Below, in pieces: positions 63,988 through 64,000 of a stretch of DNA of 64,000 nucleotides (position 1 is the stretch's first letter; the number at the start of each line of letters is the position of its first letter). A model generated the notes under the pieces. The model was not told the DNA's origin and made no database searches. It worked only from the letters and a program-made list of their open reading frames with translations. Made by a program: the position numbers and the translations under genes. Source of the stretch: Gnetum montanum (taxonomy: Eukaryota > Plantae > Gnetophyta); NCBI GenBank assembly GCA_015680685.1, contig MNCI01001083.1:591158-655157 (forward strand), given 5' to 3'.

Positions 63988-64000
63988 TTGTATAATTCTT

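Noticed and set aside
62620-64000. 3' LTR of the Copia element after a PPT-like AAGGTAGAGG
   Set aside because: The downstream sequence is homologous to the Athila-family LTRs. The Copia element's own LTRs and gag could not be identified in the window.

Overview
This is AT-rich, strongly CpG/CHG-depleted land-plant heterochromatin, probably from a large-genome non-flowering plant (inference). I find no intact host gene, RNA gene or CRISPR array. The window is a stack of degenerate LTR retrotransposons whose nesting can be read from LTR termini, PBS/PPT and target-site duplications (TSDs). A Ty3/gypsy integrase remnant (6360-6640 and 56671-56930) is split by a gag-only SIRE-like Copia element (6641-56670). 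The 5' LTR of that Copia element is split by a minus-strand chromovirus (6917-51886). The chromovirus 5' leader holds an Ogre/Tat-type element (14109-48779), whose 3' UTR holds an Athila-type element (33838-47130, perfect GTTAG TSD). On the left, a young CpG-rich Athila-type 3' end (1-1655) sits in a non-canonical Helitron-type Pif1 helicase remnant, next to a second truncated chromovirus copy (2851-6359). On the right are a decayed Copia pol with a solo-LTR-like insertion and another Athila-family LTR. The most interesting signal is that three different Ty3/gypsy lineages each carry their own spliced accessory gene (Transposase_32/PMD-like pattern plus coiled coil) in a different position: antisense in the chromovirus 5' leader, antisense inside a ~9.6-kb protease-RT intron-like segment of the Ogre-like element, and sense after integrase in Athila. 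In the Ogre-like and Athila elements a family-specific, formerly CpG-rich palindrome occurs both in the LTR and next to the accessory-gene promoter; the chromovirus instead has a formerly CpG-rich 45-bp array in its leader. This is a candidate element-encoded trans-factor/cis-motif (anti-silencing-like) system. Coordinates of decayed genes are approximate and all protein-family calls are by eye.
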